DNA from: Pseudobdellovibrionaceae bacterium
Lineage (GTDB): Bacteria; Bdellovibrionota; Bdellovibrionia; Bdellovibrionales; UBA1609
Direction of reading: 5' to 3'
Assembly (NCBI GenBank): GCA_030591685.1
Contig: JAUVAX010000002.1
Span: 62,001-126,000, forward strand
Length of the DNA stretch: 64,000 bases
This document shows positions 61,019 through 64,000 of this stretch, piece after piece. Under the pieces are notes generated by a model. That model was not told the DNA's origin, did not search any database, and saw only the letters and a program-made list of their open reading frames with translations. The number at the start of each line of letters is the position of its first letter. Position 1 is the stretch's first letter. The position numbers were made by a program, and so were the translations under genes.

Positions 61019-62488
61019 ATGAGTCAGCAAGTTCGAGTACGTTTTGCCCCCAGCCCAACAGGGTTTTTACATGTCGGAGGAGCCAGAACAGCTCTTTATA
61101 ATTATTTATTTGCCAAAAAAAATAACGGAACATTTATAATACGAGTTGAAGACACCGACCTAGAGCGCTCCACTGAAGAATCCTTAAAAATGCAGTTGGC
61201 TGATTTAAAGTGGCTGGGCTTAGACTGGGATGAGGGCATAGACCCTGACACCCTTAAGGACTTTGGCGAGCATGGCCCTTACCGCCAAAGTGAGCGCTTA
61301 GAAATATATAATAAGCACGCTCAAGAGCTTATAAGTAAAGGCAAAGCTTATTACTGTTTTTTAACAGATAAAGAGATAGACGCTCAAAGAGAAGAGCAAA
61401 AATCAAAGGGCCTACCGCTGCAGGTAAATAGCCCTTACAGGGATCAAGAGCTAGCGCAGGCTTTAGAAAAAATTGAATCGGGCGAGAAGCCAGTGATTCG
61501 ATTTAAAACTAACCCCGAAAAAAAGACCTATGTTGTTGATGATTTAATACGTAATCAGGTGAACTTTCCGTCAGATATGGTGGGGGACTTTGTTTTAATG
61601 CGCTCAAACGGTATGCCTGTTTATAACTTTTGCTGTGCGATTGATGATGCTTTAATGAAGATCACACATGTGTTTAGGGCCGAAGAGCACCTTAATAACA
61701 CTCTCAGGCAAATGATGGTCTACGAGGCCCTTGGCTTTGCACTGCCAAAATTTGGTCACCTTTCCATTATTTTAGGTGAAGATAAGCAAAAACTCTCTAA
61801 ACGGCACGGGGCTACAAGTTGCCACGAGTACAAATTAAGAGGTTTTTTACCGGAGGCTTTATTAAATTTTATAGCCCTTTTAGGTTGGAGCCACCCGGAG
61901 GGTAAAGAGATTATTTCAAAAAAAGAACTCTGCGAGACCTTTTCTGAAGAGAGGCTAAACTCAGCCTCTGCGGTGTTTGATGAAACCAAACTCACCTGGG
62001 TCAATGCCATGCACTTAAGAGCATTAAGCGATGATCAACTTTGGGAGCTCATAAAGCCATTACTAAACAACGAGGGCATTAGTTTACCTGAGGACTCTGA
62101 TTGGAGAAAACAGGCCTTTGAATTATTTAAGCCCTATATGGAGACTTTAACAGATGCTATCGAGTTGTTTAGGCCGCTTTCTAAGGGAGAGTTTAAAATT
62201 TTACCCGACTCTAAAGAGGCCCTTTCGTGGGAAAGTACAAAAAGTGTTTTTCAAAAATGGATTGAAATTTTAAACGCTCACCCTACTGAAGCTTTAAGCG
62301 AAGATGATTTTATGTCCGCTCAAAACAAGGTTAAAGTAGATTGTGAAGTGAAGGGTAAAAAGCTTTTCATGCCCATTCGGGTTGCGATTATTGGTAAACC
62401 CCACGGGGCTGAGCTTAAATTATTAGTCCCATTAATGAGCAAAGAAACATTAATTCAAAGAGCAAAAGCAGCACTAGAAAGCATTTAA
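61019..62488 (+). CDS. gltX: Glutamate-tRNA ligase
   Basis: RFAPSPTGFLHVGG, KLSKR. Confidence 0.97.
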   Translation: MSQQVRVRFAPSPTGFLHVGGARTALYNYLFAKKNNGTFIIRVEDTDLERSTEESLKMQLADLKWLGLDWDEGIDPDTLKDFGEHGPYRQSERLEIYNKHAQELISKGKAYYCFLTDKEIDAQREEQKSKGLPLQVNSPYRDQELAQALEKIESGEKPVIRFKTNPEKKTYVVDDLIRNQVNFPSDMVGDFVLMRSNGMPVYNFCCAIDDALMKITHVFRAEEHLNNTLRQMMVYEALGFALPKFGHLSIILGEDKQKLSKRHGATSCHEYKLRGFLPEALLNFIALLGWSHPEGKEIISKKELCETFSEERLNSASAVFDETKLTWVNAMHLRALSDDQLWELIKPLLNNEGISLPEDSDWRKQAFELFKPYMETLTDAIELFRPLSKGEFKILPDSKEALSWESTKSVFQKWIEILNAHPTEALSEDDFMSAQNKVKVDCEVKGKKLFMPIRVAIIGKPHGAELKLLVPLMSKETLIQRAKAALESI

Positions 62489-62510
62489 ATTATTTTTAAG
62501 GATCAGACTC

Positions 62511-63968
62511 ATGGCACTTTATATTTACAATACAATGACTCGAACAAAAGAGCAGTTTAAACCCCTAGTAAAGGGTCAGGTGCGAATGTACGTGTGCGGC
62601 CCTACGGTGTACAACTTATTACATGTGGGTAATTTTAGAGGCGCAGTATTTTATAACTTAGTTAGAAACTGGCTTGAAAAGTGTGGCCATGAGGTGAACT
62701 ACGTATTTAACTTTACAGATGTAGATGATAAAATAATTAACCGAGCCCAAGAAGAGGGCGTGACCGCTCAAGAGATCTCAGAGAAATATATCACTGAATT
62801 TAAAAAAGACTACAAAGCCCTAGGGTTAAGGCCTCATACAAGTAACCCTAAAGTATCAGATAACATGGACGCCATTGTTGATTTTATTAAAGAACTTATC
62901 GAAAAAGAAAAGGCTTACGACGTAGATGGAGATGTTTATTATTCTGTCTCATCCTTTGATGATTATGGTAAATTAAGTAATAAAAAAATAGATGAGTTAG
63001 AGTCGGGACACAGAATAGATGCGGACGATAATAAAAAAGCTCCTGAGGATTTTGCTTTATGGAAAAAGTCAAAACCAGGGGAGCCTGAATGGGATTCTCC
63101 GTGGTCAAAAGGTCGCCCAGGTTGGCACATTGAGTGCTCTGCAATGAGTAGAAAGCTATTAGGGGACTGCATAGATATACATGGTGGGGGTTTAGATTTA
63201 GTGTTCCCGCACCACGAAAACGAGATTGCACAAAGTGAAGGATGCTCAGGGCATACCTCAGTGAAGTACTGGGTGCATCATAATATGATTGAATTTGATA
63301 AACAAAAAATGTCTAAATCTCTTGGTAATATAAAAACTTTGAGAGATTTTTTAAAAGAGTACAATGCTGAAATTTATAAATACTTAATGAGCACCTCTCA
63401 TTATAGAAGTATTATAGATTTCTCTCCAGACCAGGTGGACCGGTCCATACAGTCATTAGCTAAATTTTACTCAGCCCTTAAGCTCGCTAAAGATTGTATG
63501 TCTTTAGATCAGGGTTTGGTGCCGGTGCCAGATAAGTTTCACAAAATTATTGATGAGGCTGATGATAAAATCACCCGTGCACTTAATGATGACTTTAATA
63601 CCCCAGAGCTTTTTGCAGCCCTTTTTGACGTTACAAGAGAGTTTAACAAACGAGTTCGCACCCCAGGGGCTGTGAGCCCTGAAAAATCGGCTATCAGTGA
63701 AGTGTATTATGCCTGGATACGATCACATGGTGAGTTGTTAGCACTTTTTCAAAAATCAGCTGGCGAGTTTTTAATGGAGCTAGATGATATGCTATTAGCC
63801 AAAAAAGGGCACAGGCGTATAGAGGTCGACAAGCTAGTGGATGAACGAACTCAGGCTCGACACAATAAGGACTATGCAAAGTCAGACGAAATCAGGGCAC
63901 AGCTTCAAGCCCTAGGCATTGCGGTTCAGGATACAAAAGACGGCAGTGTGTGGGAAGTGGCGAAGTAG
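62511..63968 (+). CDS. cysS: Cysteine-tRNA ligase
   Basis: MYVCGPTVY, GRPGWHIECS, FPHHENEIAQS, KMSKS. Confidence 0.97.
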   Translation: MALYIYNTMTRTKEQFKPLVKGQVRMYVCGPTVYNLLHVGNFRGAVFYNLVRNWLEKCGHEVNYVFNFTDVDDKIINRAQEEGVTAQEISEKYITEFKKDYKALGLRPHTSNPKVSDNMDAIVDFIKELIEKEKAYDVDGDVYYSVSSFDDYGKLSNKKIDELESGHRIDADDNKKAPEDFALWKKSKPGEPEWDSPWSKGRPGWHIECSAMSRKLLGDCIDIHGGGLDLVFPHHENEIAQSEGCSGHTSVKYWVHHNMIEFDKQKMSKSLGNIKTLRDFLKEYNAEIYKYLMSTSHYRSIIDFSPDQVDRSIQSLAKFYSALKLAKDCMSLDQGLVPVPDKFHKIIDEADDKITRALNDDFNTPELFAALFDVTREFNKRVRTPGAVSPEKSAISEVYYAWIRSHGELLALFQKSAGEFLMELDDMLLAKKGHRRIEVDKLVDERTQARHNKDYAKSDEIRAQLQALGIAVQDTKDGSVWEVAK

Positions 63969-64000
63969 AATGTCTACAGGTTTTTTAAAACTAAGAGAGA

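Noticed and set aside
63970..64000. ATG-initiated frame right after cysS
   Set aside because: Only 10 codons are visible before the window ends; cannot be identified

Overview
AT-rich bacterial chromosomal segment, most consistent with a Bdellovibrionota (predatory, Bdellovibrio-like) genome. This is inferred from mreC-mreD-mrdA-rodA without mreB next to divergent ppiD, FQNC-type lipoproteins, many secreted subtilases, minor pilins, and the carD-gltX-cysS order. Housekeeping blocks are fadE-rpmE2-dprA, kdsA-lptF, trxA, mreCD-mrdA-rodA, ppiD, tRNA-Leu(GAG), queA-tgt-yajC-secD-secF-recJ, queC, nfu, fbaB, recG, carD, gltX and cysS. They flank an accessory stretch (about 13.8-35.1 kb) and a second pilin cluster (44.6-48.6 kb). 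The most notable items are: (1) a divergent pair of a Cyc2-like monoheme cytochrome-porin and a triheme c4-like lipoprotein cytochrome, a possible extracellular electron-transfer module; (2) a signal-peptide-bearing Glu/Leu/Phe/Val dehydrogenase with an altered substrate pocket; (3) five paralogous Cys-rich prepilin-like proteins in two loci; (4) a recurring C-x-x-[IL]-F motif on unrelated secreted proteins; (5) a subtilase-TM-PilZ fusion; (6) an RxxN-type HD-GYP (candidate cGAMP phosphodiesterase); (7) a MerR regulator with a FliM/CheC-like C-terminus; (8) a head-to-head deletion scar; (9) TTAG-core microsatellites; and (10) sets of sigma28-like and sigma54-like promoters. No CRISPR array, integrase, transposase or reverse transcriptase was seen. 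All calls are by eye, without database searches.
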